This document shows positions 30,150-40,070 of a stretch of DNA of 64,000 nt, in pieces. Every line of letters starts with the position of its first letter. Position 1 is the first letter of the stretch. This stretch comes from Candidatus Daviesbacteria bacterium GW2011_GWA1_41_61. Its GTDB lineage: Bacteria > Patescibacteriota > Microgenomatia > Daviesbacterales > UBA10151. Both the position numbers and the translations under genes were made by a program. The notes under the pieces are model-generated. The model made no database searches and was not told the origin of the DNA. It saw only the letters and a program-made list of their open reading frames with translations. The stretch covers positions 177,493-241,492 of the forward strand of contig LCBT01000001.1 of the NCBI GenBank assembly GCA_000997385.1, given 5' to 3'.

Positions 30150-31217
30150 TTAGATAATCTCCTTAATGCTACTTGTAAAATTTTCTTTAGAGAAAGCCTT
30201 GCTCCTAAGTTGAGCTTGCTGGGACAGATTTAACATTAGCTTTGGATCTTTAATCAGTTTTAAGGTTTGTTGCTGCAACTGCTCTAAATTATTCCATAAA
30301 AATCCCGACTTGCCATCTTCAACAATTTCCACCTGTCCCCCATGACTGATCACTACTGGAACACATCCTGCTGCCATGGCTTCGACAGTTGTAATGCCAA
30401 AATGCTCCATCTTAGCTGGATCTGTTTCCCCAAATCCTGCTGCATGCCAGTAAATACTGGAATGCCCATAAAGTTCCATTAAGTTATCAAAGGGCAAATC
30501 AGGATAAAAAAATACCGGTAGCCCCCGGGCTTGATCTTGTAACTGACGAACATAACTACTATCTCCTTCGACAGATCCAGCTAAATGTAAACTCCAGCCC
30601 TTTATCTGACCTTTTTTGAAAATATCAGCAAAAGCTTCAATCATCTCTTGGTGTTTTTTGGATCTGGTAAAACTGGTAAACCTACCAACTGATAATATAT
30701 ATTTTTTCTTCTTTAAAGACTTAATGCTGCTTATATCAACCGGAGGGTAGATCACTTGCCCTTTAAGTCCCAATTGAGGCTCAACATAACCTCTGGTAAA
30801 CTGAGAGTTATAAATAGCTAAATCCCAACTTTTAATTTTTATTTTCTGCCAGATATTTTTAGGAGTCAGATTTTGAAAAGGAACTTGGAAGTGAATAATA
30901 TTGTTTTTAGCGGTTGAGTAAAAAATACTCCCATCAGTGAGATAAAACAGGTAATTATAATTGCGCAAATATAGTAAACGTTTGAAAAAATTACTCCCCT
31001 GGCCAACCGGAGCTGGAACCAGGTGCAAATTTGAAAGATTGAGATTTAATCTTTTGGACAAATCAGTAATTAATTTTTCATAGTTTAGACTCTGAAGGTG
31101 TTTATCTAAAAGCAGATCTACCCGATGATCAGATAAAAGCGTTTGAGCAATAGTTAAAATATATCTTTCCCCACCGCCAAAACTATCAAGATAAGGAGTA
31201 TATAAAGCTATCTTCAT
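30150..31217 (-). CDS. GT4 glycosyltransferase
   Basis: FGGGERY, SVGRF, EHFGITTVEAMAAG. Confidence 0.92.
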   Translation of the reverse strand: MKIALYTPYLDSFGGGERYILTIAQTLLSDHRVDLLLDKHLQSLNYEKLITDLSKRLNLNLSNLHLVPAPVGQGSNFFKRLLYLRNYNYLFYLTDGSIFYSTAKNNIIHFQVPFQNLTPKNIWQKIKIKSWDLAIYNSQFTRGYVEPQLGLKGQVIYPPVDISSIKSLKKKKYILSVGRFTSFTRSKKHQEMIEAFADIFKKGQIKGWSLHLAGSVEGDSSYVRQLQDQARGLPVFFYPDLPFDNLMELYGHSSIYWHAAGFGETDPAKMEHFGITTVEAMAAGCVPVVISHGGQVEIVEDGKSGFLWNNLEQLQQQTLKLIKDPKLMLNLSQQAQLRSKAFSKENFTSSIKEII

Positions 31218-32020
31218 TAATATTGAAAATCATTTCCCATTAATTTTTGATCTATCTCTTTATATTCCTCTTCCAGAGGTTTAGTCTGCTGCATCTCCCA
31301 GAGTCTGACATAGGTCATGTAAAAAAAGAATACTTGTAAGATAGAATCAATTATTCCTACCGTACCGCTCAAAAAACCTCTCCTTTTAATACCCTGGTGA
31401 TACAGCTCAGTTAAAAAAATCCTTAAAAAGCGCCATTTGGTCATCTTGGGGTGCTGGGTTTCTAAACGCAGCTTAGCATCAATTTTGGACCACTCTAAAC
31501 TCTTTAAAATAAAGTGGTCAATATTACGGTGAGTAAGATGTAACAAAGAATTTTTGGTGTAACCCAAGTTTCCTTCAAATGTCCCATACTCATGCACTTT
31601 CCCCACCCAGGCTTTAAATTTATCCCTTTTAAACAACCTGACCATCCAATCATCTTTATACGGACCATAATTTACCTCCTGCCCGAAGATAATATTTCTT
31701 CGACTCACAGCATAAGCTGACTTATCTCCCTTTTGAGTGATCTCCTCTACCTCTTCTCTTAATGGTTTTAAAACCCTTTCATCAGCATCCACATAAAACA
31801 CCCAGTCTCCACTTACTTTCCCCATCGCCATGTTGCGTAACTGGGCGAAATCCTGACCTTTATAAACAAAAACTTTATCAGTGTATTTTTTTACTACCTC
31901 CAAAGTTTTATCCGTTGAATCGTTATCGGCCACGATGATCTCATCAGCCCACTTGACTGACTCAAGACATGCTTTAATTCTGTCCTCTTCATTCCTAGTA
32001 AGTATAATAACAGAGATCAT
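31217..32020 (-). CDS. GT2 glycosyltransferase (beta-1,4-glucosyltransferase-like)
   Basis: NEEDRI, VDADE, RLF, VHE. Confidence 0.88.
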   Translation of the reverse strand: MISVIILTRNEEDRIKACLESVKWADEIIVADNDSTDKTLEVVKKYTDKVFVYKGQDFAQLRNMAMGKVSGDWVFYVDADERVLKPLREEVEEITQKGDKSAYAVSRRNIIFGQEVNYGPYKDDWMVRLFKRDKFKAWVGKVHEYGTFEGNLGYTKNSLLHLTHRNIDHFILKSLEWSKIDAKLRLETQHPKMTKWRFLRIFLTELYHQGIKRRGFLSGTVGIIDSILQVFFFYMTYVRLWEMQQTKPLEEEYKEIDQKLMGNDFQY

Positions 32021-32152
32021 TATTGTTTCTTTTTCGGCTCTTTTCTAAGTTTAACAGAGTTTATTTCTAATGCAAAATTTAAGGCTAACCTCCGTAGTAA
32101 TCACCATATGACCATGTTATGATAAGGTCAATACCCTCAGTATCTTGAGATT

Positions 32153-34540
32153 ATGAATTCCCTCCTCAATCACAAAAACACTCTTATTGTTTTCCTTTTC
32201 TTCATCTTAACTTGCGCCTTTTTTTATCAAGTTTTCTTAGGAAAAATTCCCTTACCAGCAGATACTCTTGTTGGGGCTTACTATCCCTGGTTAGATTATA
32301 AATGGGGATTTCCCACAGGAGTACCAGTAAAAAACCCTATTTTATCTGATGTCTTTTCTCAATATTACCCTTGGAGAGATTTAGTTATCAGTATCTTTAA
32401 ACAGGGATCCATCCCTTTATGGAATCCATACTCTTTTGCTGGTACTCCCCTTCTCGCTGATTGGCAATCTGCATTTTTCTACCCACCAAATATACTGATG
32501 CTTCTCCTGGGGAATATTCGGGGATGGACAGCAATTATTATGCTGCAACCATTTTTATCCATGGTTTTCACTTACCTTTATTTACAAGAAGTTAAGTTAA
32601 ATAAGTTAGCATCCTCCTTGGGAGCAATTATCTATGCATTCTCCGGATTCTCAATCATCTTTTTAGAATACAACTCTCCTGCTCAAGCAGCCATTTGGCT
32701 GCCCTTAATTCTTTTCCTGACTGAAAAATACTTAACCCAAAAGCGGCCTCTATGGCTTGGTTTTATCTCCCTGACTATTTTCTTTCTTTTAACCGCCGGC
32801 AACTTTCAGGTTTCTTTATATTCTTTGATTTTGGTAACTTTTTACTTGGCCGTAAGGGCAATCTCCATTTACAGAAAATTAAAACCATCTCTACTTGTTT
32901 TCCTCACTGGAGAACTTTTTTACCTTCTAGGTATTGGCCTGGCAGCCCTGCAAATCTTACCCACCTTTGAGCTCTTTCAAAACTCTATCCGGCAGGGAGA
33001 TCAAAATATCGTGATGTATAACTTTGGGCTGCTCCCTTTACAAAATATTCTAACTTTTTTCGCCCCGGATTTTTTCGGCAACCCCGTAACGTACAATTTT
33101 TGGGGATTTATCTACCAAGAAACTACCGGTTATTTTGGAATTATAGCTTGGCCTTTAATTATCACTGCAGTGATGAGAAGGAAGGACTTTATAACCACAT
33201 TTTTTGGTTTCATAATTCTTATATCCCTACTGCTCATTTTTGATACAGCGATAGGAAAATTAGTCTATCAGTTAAAAATTCCTCTGCTTTCCACCAGTTA
33301 TGCTTCCCGGGCTTTATTCCTCTTAGATTTCTCCGCAGCCGTGTTAGCTGCAAAAGGTCTAAATATTTTCACAACCGCCAGAAAAACAACTTTTAAAGCA
33401 ACTTTAACGGTATGGATGATCATCACTATCTTGACTTTAGGAATTATTTTGATTACTCAGGTAATTAAACAGCAACTTCCAGGACTTGATGAAAACACTA
33501 TTCCCCATCTCTCTGTCTCTTTAAGAAACCTCTTTTTACCTCTAGGATTAATCACCATATTTTTGTTTAGTTTGAAAATGATTTCCAATATTAAAATTGT
33601 GACAGTTATTATTTTCCTGCTGGTTATTTTTGACCAATTTCGTTTCGGTCTGAAATACACCCCTTTTATCCCCCAAACTTTCTTGTATCCCCCCACCCCA
33701 GCTTTGGAGTTTCTGCAACAAAATGTAGAGTTTTTTAGAGTTGAAAGAGAGAAAAGTGAGAGTCTCCCTCCCAATACCTGGATCCCTTATCGTTTGATGT
33801 CTCCCTCAGGCTACAACCCTTTATACTCTAAGCAATATGCCGCTTTTTATAATGTCTACAATACTAACCCGCCACAAAACACTTTTACCCGCTACGCTGA
33901 ACTGAGTAACTACAACTCCCCTTTCTTAGATTTAGCCGGAGTCAAATATTTAATGTCTGTCAAGAGAAAACCCAATGGATCTATTGATAGCTACGAGGGG
34001 ACTATCTCTCCTAAAATTGGTTCTAAATTTAAAAAAGTTTTCGAAGATCAAAGCACTGTTATTTTAGAGAATACCCATGTTTTACCGAGAGCTCAGATCA
34101 TGGGGGAATATGAGGTAGAAAGCGATTACCTTAAAGCCCTGACTAAACTATATCAAGGTTATGATTTTTCCAAGAAGGTTATCCTTAGCGAGCAACCAAG
34201 TAAGGATCGCTATAAACTCACTACCGGTGATCAAGCCCAGATTGTTCATTATCTGCCTAATGAAGTTAATATCCAAACATCAACTAAAAATGGCGGCATA
34301 TTATTACTTACAGATTCCTATTATCCCGGATGGAAAGTCTCCATAAATGGGCTCCCGCAAAAATTATTCATTGCTGACGGAGTTTTTCGGGCAGTAGAGT
34401 TACCCACAGGAGAATCGCTAGTTCAGTTTAAATTTGAGCCTGGATCATTTAAATATGGGCTTTGGACTTCCCTAGCAAGCTTAATAGTACTTGTGGTAAT
34501 CATGAACTATACCGGAAAAAAACTTCGGTTTAGGGATTAA
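32153..34540 (+). CDS. YfhO-family membrane protein (GT-C-like)
   Basis: PLWNPYSFAGTPLLA..FYPP, GYNPL, GVKY, LPRA, LTDSYYPGWKVSING. Confidence 0.88.
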   Translation: MNSLLNHKNTLIVFLFFILTCAFFYQVFLGKIPLPADTLVGAYYPWLDYKWGFPTGVPVKNPILSDVFSQYYPWRDLVISIFKQGSIPLWNPYSFAGTPLLADWQSAFFYPPNILMLLLGNIRGWTAIIMLQPFLSMVFTYLYLQEVKLNKLASSLGAIIYAFSGFSIIFLEYNSPAQAAIWLPLILFLTEKYLTQKRPLWLGFISLTIFFLLTAGNFQVSLYSLILVTFYLAVRAISIYRKLKPSLLVFLTGELFYLLGIGLAALQILPTFELFQNSIRQGDQNIVMYNFGLLPLQNILTFFAPDFFGNPVTYNFWGFIYQETTGYFGIIAWPLIITAVMRRKDFITTFFGFIILISLLLIFDTAIGKLVYQLKIPLLSTSYASRALFLLDFSAAVLAAKGLNIFTTARKTTFKATLTVWMIITILTLGIILITQVIKQQLPGLDENTIPHLSVSLRNLFLPLGLITIFLFSLKMISNIKIVTVIIFLLVIFDQFRFGLKYTPFIPQTFLYPPTPALEFLQQNVEFFRVEREKSESLPPNTWIPYRLMSPSGYNPLYSKQYAAFYNVYNTNPPQNTFTRYAELSNYNSPFLDLAGVKYLMSVKRKPNGSIDSYEGTISPKIGSKFKKVFEDQSTVILENTHVLPRAQIMGEYEVESDYLKALTKLYQGYDFSKKVILSEQPSKDRYKLTTGDQAQIVHYLPNEVNIQTSTKNGGILLLTDSYYPGWKVSINGLPQKLFIADGVFRAVELPTGESLVQFKFEPGSFKYGLWTSLASLIVLVVIMNYTGKKLRFRD

Positions 34541-34544
34541 CCCC

Positions 34545-35390
34545 TTAAAAACTTCCTTTTCCCCAATTACCCCGCAGAAAATCAATTAAAGCCAGTCTTT
34601 TGGTGGAAATAGCAATATTCCTTAAAGTTTCTCTAAAGAGCGCAAATCTCGTACGAAAGGGTAAAAATTTTGAAGCAAAAAGCATCCGGTTACGGGTGAT
34701 AAAGTAGTCTTGACGAGGAGACCCCAAACCAGTTGACTTGGCATTCTCATGGTAGATAACAGCAGTGGGTACATACATCAACTTAAATCCGGCCCTTTTA
34801 GCCCTAAAACAAAAATCACTATCCTCATAGTATAAAAAATACCTTTCATCGAATAACCCAATTTTGACAAAAATGTCACTCTTTACAAACATTGCCCCAC
34901 CGGTAACATTATCAGTTTCTTCTATCTTCTCATATTGGCCATGGTCTTCTTCATCCACTCCCCGGTGTCCCCCCAAGACATTATTTAAATCCAATGTTCC
35001 TCCGGCATACCAAATAGTTTTCTTATCAAAAAATAAAATCTTTGGACCTAAAACTCCCGCCTGATTTTCTTCTATGGCAATCACAAGTTGGGTGATGGCC
35101 TTTTTATCTATCACTGTATCCATGTTCAAAATAAAAACATACTCTGCCTCATCTTCCAGTGCCTTTTTAATCCCCACATTATTCCCCCCGCTGTAACCTA
35201 AATTATCCTTATTTTGGATAAATATAACTCCTACTACCTTCTTTATCTCTTCAGCTAAACCATCACCGGAATTATTATCTACCACAATAATTTCTAAATT
35301 TTCATAATCTGATTTTTTCACTGAATCAGCACACTTTAAGGTATTTTCCCGAGCCTTATAGTTTAAAATAACAACCGCCACCTTTTTCAT
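34545..35390 (-). CDS. GT2 glycosyltransferase (WbbL-like)
   Basis: NLGYSGGNN, FDERYFLYYEDSDF, YFITRNR. Confidence 0.9.
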   Translation of the reverse strand: MKKVAVVILNYKARENTLKCADSVKKSDYENLEIIVVDNNSGDGLAEEIKKVVGVIFIQNKDNLGYSGGNNVGIKKALEDEAEYVFILNMDTVIDKKAITQLVIAIEENQAGVLGPKILFFDKKTIWYAGGTLDLNNVLGGHRGVDEEDHGQYEKIEETDNVTGGAMFVKSDIFVKIGLFDERYFLYYEDSDFCFRAKRAGFKLMYVPTAVIYHENAKSTGLGSPRQDYFITRNRMLFASKFLPFRTRFALFRETLRNIAISTKRLALIDFLRGNWGKGSF

Positions 35391-36286
35391 AAGAGTTTGT
35401 TACGAATTCTCTGGGCTAGATTGACCACCGGATTAGAAGAAAGATCCCCATACTTAAACCAATACTTTATTTCTTGTCCTGCTTTTTGGCTGACATTTTT
35501 CACCTCAGATAACCTTACCTCTTGCTGGGTAAACTTCTCCATCTCCCAGACTTTTAAATAAACTGTTAAAAAAGAAAATGCTTGCAGTAAACTTAAAGCC
35601 AGTCCGTGTAAGCCATCTTTAAAACCGGAGTTGGCAAAATACCGACCTAAAAACTCACTTAAAGGTTTAGTTATTAAATCAGGCCAATGAAATTTATAGC
35701 CTCCTTTTTGCAACTCTTCCGCCTGGGCACTGCTATAACGGTTCATCCTTTCTATAAATTGAGAGATACTGGTGTAATGATAATGATTTAAAGCATACTT
35801 TTCTTCATCCGGAAGTTTTAAGCCCTTACCTTCTGTCTTTGGAGGGCGGTGGATTTCATCACCCCACCTGACACTTCCTTTTTTAAAAAACCTGATGTTG
35901 TAATCTGGCCACCACATGGAATCTTGCATCCACTTACCAAAGATGATATTTTTTCTAGGAATTTCCATATATGACACTTCATCCTTTTGAACTAGATCAG
36001 TTAATTTTTCAGCCAAAGTAGAGGGAATCTCTTCATCGGGATCTAAAATTAACACCCACTCGTTTTTGGACTGAGAGATATTGAAATTTCTAGCCAACTC
36101 AACATATTTCTGGCGTTCATGATCTACTACCCTGGCCCCGCTTTTCTTGGCAATTTCTACGGTTTTATCTTCTGAGTGCATGTCACAAACTACCACCTCA
36201 TTTGCCCAAGAGGCTGATTTGACTGCCCTACTAATAGTGGTGTCATCATTTAGAGTATTTATGACCACTGAAATTTTTCCAGGCAT
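35387..36286 (-). CDS. GT2 glycosyltransferase (beta-1,4-glucosyltransferase-like)
   Basis: LDPDE, WWPDYNIRFF, IH, KDGLHG. Confidence 0.88.
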   Translation of the reverse strand: MPGKISVVINTLNDDTTISRAVKSASWANEVVVCDMHSEDKTVEIAKKSGARVVDHERQKYVELARNFNISQSKNEWVLILDPDEEIPSTLAEKLTDLVQKDEVSYMEIPRKNIIFGKWMQDSMWWPDYNIRFFKKGSVRWGDEIHRPPKTEGKGLKLPDEEKYALNHYHYTSISQFIERMNRYSSAQAEELQKGGYKFHWPDLITKPLSEFLGRYFANSGFKDGLHGLALSLLQAFSFLTVYLKVWEMEKFTQQEVRLSEVKNVSQKAGQEIKYWFKYGDLSSNPVVNLAQRIRNKLL

Positions 36287-36293
36287 AGTTTTA

Positions 36294-36302
36294 ATGTTAC
36301 CA
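36294..36302 (-). promoter_or_regulatory. Extended -10 (TGgTAACAT) 7 nt before ATG 36286
   Basis: Minus strand reads TGGTAACATtaaaactATG. Confidence 0.55.
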
Positions 36303-36355
36303 AGTAGCCATTAATAAGTAAATGACTCGCTAAATTAAATCGAAAAGTTGCGTTC

Positions 36356-38080
36356 TTAAAATTCTGATGAAGCGGTTACAAAGGCTGGAAGGGCGTCTAG
36401 CCCCTTATGAAGCTGGTAATTATCTAAACTCTTTGCTTCCTCTGGTGATCCGATAAACAATACTTTTTTATTTAATCCCCCAATAAAACTTTCAATTTCA
36501 CTCTCCGGGATATGACCGATGTAAACATTATCAATCCTTTTAAATTCATACTTTCCTAATCTGTCTCTTTGCTTATTTTGAGCAATAATAATGCTCGGAT
36601 CTGTTTGGGAATAAACCGGGTAGGCGTATTCAATGTTATCAATTCTGTCCGATACTAAAACGTAATCAAAGTTGTCCTTGTTTGACATTATATATTGGGC
36701 GGCGATTTTGGCAGGAAAAGACCAAAATCTGCTTAATTCATTAGATGTTAAAAAAAATATCCTGTTAATAAAAAATGTAAATTGAATGAAAAAGATAAAT
36801 ACCACTGTCCAAAGTAAAAATTTCATTCCCTTTTCTTTCCTGTGACTTACCAAAACGTAAAGTCCTGTCGCCGAAAAGATTATCAGCGGAGGAAGCATTA
36901 AAGAGCTCCTTAATGCATGAGGTTCCAGCATCAGTGCTGCCGGGAGAGGAGCTATTAGAAGCCATCCCAAAAGTAAAATAAGTAATCGTCTATTACTTAA
37001 AGCAATAAACGCTAAACCTATTACCAACAGAACAATCTCTATTAAGTAAAGCTGCCCCATTAAAGACATATTGTGGCGGGGATTTCTATCGCCATGGATA
37101 AAAAGAAAATCTAAAGAAAAATGTGATAAATATCCTTCGCCAATCAAGAGGCTGTTTTCAATATATTTATTATGAAAAAGCGGCAAAAGGTATACCGGCA
37201 TAGAACTAACCGCTCTCTCCCCGTTTATTTTCTGCACAATCTTTTCTTGCAGTTCCTGCTGTCCAAAAATATTAATAGCTAAAAATCTCTTGTCGGATCC
37301 GGTGGTAGTAGATTGAACTGCAACCAATGAAAATCCTACTAACAAAATTAAAGCGGAAATAATTACCGGTAATAGATATTTACCCTGCAGATACTGTCTC
37401 AAATTTCCGGAAGTAAAAATTAGCACTAACAAGATTAAAGGAATTGTTAATTTATAGGTCGGATAAGTATGAACAGCGATGGAAAAACAGATTGCAAAAA
37501 TGACTAACAGCCACGGTTGGAATTTTGATTTAATGAACCCTCTCTCCGATCTAAAGATCGAAGTTTCGGGTTCTTGTCTTGCGACAATAAAAGTAAAAAT
37601 TCCTAAAACAGATAAAAACAAAGCAAAATGGGTTTCATAGCCTCCCCGGCTTAAATTTATATCCCATGGTGATAAGGCCGCAAACAAAGCGGTGATGGCA
37701 GCAACTTTTTCATCAAACCAATGTCTTGATAATAAATATAAAACTATGACAATTCCTAATCCGGAAATAATTGACAGCATCCTTACTCCTGGGGCCGAAG
37801 GCCCAAAGAGGGAGACGAAGGGGATGGAAAAATAGACGTATCCGGCAGGACGTCCCCCGCTCATTTTAAAAGTCAGAGGAAGGAAATCTCCAAGCTGATC
37901 GTGCCCTGTTTTGAGAACAGAATAAGTATCATAAACTGTCGTCAACTCGTCTCCATACAAAGCCGGAGGACTGCCGGAGATATTAACAATCCTTAAAAGA
38001 GCGGCCAAAAGTAAAATTAACCATAAATAAAGTTTAATTTGTAATATTTTTCTATTTAAAAGATTTTTAATTATTTTCAT
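36356..38080 (-). CDS. GT-C fold membrane glycosyltransferase (ArnT/PMT_2-like) carrying an in-frame palindromic insertion
   Basis: YGDE..GHDQLGDFLP, SPW..SRGGYE, PHALRS; paralog of the three genes at 21432-26237. Confidence 0.87.
   Translation of the reverse strand: MKIIKNLLNRKILQIKLYLWLILLLAALLRIVNISGSPPALYGDELTTVYDTYSVLKTGHDQLGDFLPLTFKMSGGRPAGYVYFSIPFVSLFGPSAPGVRMLSIISGLGIVIVLYLLSRHWFDEKVAAITALFAALSPWDINLSRGGYETHFALFLSVLGIFTFIVARQEPETSIFRSERGFIKSKFQPWLLVIFAICFSIAVHTYPTYKLTIPLILLVLIFTSGNLRQYLQGKYLLPVIISALILLVGFSLVAVQSTTTGSDKRFLAINIFGQQELQEKIVQKINGERAVSSMPVYLLPLFHNKYIENSLLIGEGYLSHFSLDFLFIHGDRNPRHNMSLMGQLYLIEIVLLVIGLAFIALSNRRLLILLLGWLLIAPLPAALMLEPHALRSSLMLPPLIIFSATGLYVLVSHRKEKGMKFLLWTVVFIFFIQFTFFINRIFFLTSNELSRFWSFPAKIAAQYIMSNKDNFDYVLVSDRIDNIEYAYPVYSQTDPSIIIAQNKQRDRLGKYEFKRIDNVYIGHIPESEIESFIGGLNKKVLFIGSPEEAKSLDNYQLHKGLDALPAFVTASSEF
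37535..37573. repeat. 39-nt imperfect palindrome (REP/RPE-like) inside a CDS
   Basis: Minus strand GAACCC GAAA CTTCGATCT TT AGATCGGAG AGA GGGTTC, exactly 13 codons (EPETSIFRSERGF), absent from the paralogs. Confidence 0.75.
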
Positions 38081-40068
38081 TTAGATACCCTTTGATATAT
38101 CTTTACATTTTGGGAATTATAGATCTCCTTTAAGTCAAGATCTCTAACATCCGCGGCAAACTTTTGTCCCCAAACCAAATAAACATAATCAATTTTGTAT
38201 TTACCAAGAAACTGGTTAATATTGTCCGCAGATTTATCTCCAAAAATAAGTTTCCTTTCTTCAAACAAACTGTCTGCTTTGTAACCCATAATATCAACCT
38301 GTTCTTGGTCGGCAGCCCAGGTTCTTCTTCCTGAAAAAGCGGAGATGTAACCTGTATCATACCAGGAGTAAATTGGCACAGGAGGATAATATTTATCTCT
38401 TTCATACTTATTAAATGGCGCTGTTAAAATAATTGAGTTTTCAGTTGAATTTTCTCTTAAAGACTCCAGAGCCTTTACCTCTTCAAAAGTAACCTTCGAC
38501 AATGGTTGGTTAGAATAAAACTGCCAGAGCAAGCCGATCTGAGTAGGTACAGCTAAAACCATAATAATAAGGCTAAAAAAAAACTTAGCATAAGATGATT
38601 TAATTTTAGCAATTAAGATCGAGGCGCTTACTGCTGCCAGAAAGCCAAAAAATAATAAAAAATACTGATTATATTGAATAACGTTCCAGGCAACTCCTTT
38701 TTGGACAAACAAAACCGGAAGCAAAAATGAAGCAGCTGTAACTGACAGAAAGAATAAGTTAAACGGGTGTTTAAAAATATTCCCTTTTAAATACTGCCCC
38801 ACTGCCAAAAATCCTAAAAACCTCATCCCCAAGTTTCCGAATAAAAATATTAGCAGCGCTGTTGTTTCCAATTGGATAACTCTTTTGATATTACCCTCTG
38901 ATAAATAAGTCTGGCGTCTTAACTCCATATCAAGCCAATTTAATCTATCCGGAACCACTACCATAGTCCTGATAAACCACCACGGCTGCCAAACTAAAAA
39001 TTCCTGGGAGCTTTCATTGTTGGGAAGATAAAGGATTAAAGCCGCTACCAGAGTAGTAAAAAAAAGTAATAGTGTTTTAAAGTACCTTTTACTGAGGATC
39101 TCCCATAAACCAACTATCAGTAATCCCCCTAATATCAATGTACCGGCATAAACTTTAAACTCAATAACCGTACCTCCCAAAAGTGCAGTTAGTAAAAACA
39201 GGTTATTTGTTCTATTTTGTAGGTACTTGTAAAAAAAATACAAAAAGGCAGTCAGTATAATAAAAGCTGAGGCATGAGGAGGGTTTCCTAATACCGATTG
39301 AGTTTGAGAAACCCAGAAAATAGCTTCGCCGTTTAAATTGCCGTAACGAGGCAGAGTTAATAAATAACCAAAACTGCCGGCAAAGTAAGTAAAAATCATC
39401 GCCCAAATACCGGCAGAAAAACTTTTTGACCAAAGGCGAACAAAAATAAAACTGCCCAGCCCCAACAGAAGAGAAAATAAAACCGGTATGAATCGGAAAT
39501 AGATATCAAAACTGGAAAATCTAAACAGCCGACCCATTTCCGACATTAGCAAATCAACAAAAAAATGATAGTTTTGCAACTTGTGACCGGCATATTCAGG
39601 GTTTTGGAAAGGAAAAACATTACTCTTCATCTCTTCCATTAAGGCAACATGCCAAATCCCATCATGACCATGAGAGCTCCAGAAATAATAACCTTCCGAG
39701 TAAGGAAAACCTGAGGGGGCATTGACTACCACCTGACCTGTTACACCGACCGCAAGAACAGTCAGGAAAATGATTACTGTTTTTTTAGGGTAATTAAAAT
39801 TAAACCGAAACAGCTCTTTTCTGAATTTAAAAAATATGACTAATCCCGCCAAGGGAATCACCCACATTAAAAACCGAAGGTTAAATACGGCTAAAATATA
39901 TGCCAGTAAAGTAAAGACAACCAAACCGACAACTGTAGACAAAGTATATTTTTCTAAAATTGATAGCGGGGAAACCTTCAAAAGTTTAATTATACCGAAA
40001 CCAAGCGCCGTAAAAATTACTAAGCTCAGGGCTAAAAACAATAAACCAAAGATAATTTGGATAAACAT
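38077..40068 (-). CDS. GT-C-like polytopic membrane protein
   Basis: GHDGIWH, NYHFFVD, GNPP, IEFKVYAG, ISAFSG; paralog of the C-terminal part of 40071-43550. Confidence 0.78.
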   Translation of the reverse strand: MFIQIIFGLLFLALSLVIFTALGFGIIKLLKVSPLSILEKYTLSTVVGLVVFTLLAYILAVFNLRFLMWVIPLAGLVIFFKFRKELFRFNFNYPKKTVIIFLTVLAVGVTGQVVVNAPSGFPYSEGYYFWSSHGHDGIWHVALMEEMKSNVFPFQNPEYAGHKLQNYHFFVDLLMSEMGRLFRFSSFDIYFRFIPVLFSLLLGLGSFIFVRLWSKSFSAGIWAMIFTYFAGSFGYLLTLPRYGNLNGEAIFWVSQTQSVLGNPPHASAFIILTAFLYFFYKYLQNRTNNLFLLTALLGGTVIEFKVYAGTLILGGLLIVGLWEILSKRYFKTLLLFFTTLVAALILYLPNNESSQEFLVWQPWWFIRTMVVVPDRLNWLDMELRRQTYLSEGNIKRVIQLETTALLIFLFGNLGMRFLGFLAVGQYLKGNIFKHPFNLFFLSVTAASFLLPVLFVQKGVAWNVIQYNQYFLLFFGFLAAVSASILIAKIKSSYAKFFFSLIIMVLAVPTQIGLLWQFYSNQPLSKVTFEEVKALESLRENSTENSIILTAPFNKYERDKYYPPVPIYSWYDTGYISAFSGRRTWAADQEQVDIMGYKADSLFEERKLIFGDKSADNINQFLGKYKIDYVYLVWGQKFAADVRDLDLKEIYNSQNVKIYQRVSK

Positions 40069-40070
40069 CT

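Noticed and set aside
32020-32100. 26-codon minus-strand open stretch ending in a TAATG overlap with the GT2 start (possible remnant of a displaced gene)
   Set aside because: No start codon, bounded by an in-frame stop, and no recognisable homology.
22993-38583. A8-A9 homopolymer runs in GT genes as possible phase-variation tracts
   Set aside because: Common in this AT-rich, Phe/Lys-rich coding sequence; the affected frames are intact and no long G/C tracts were seen.
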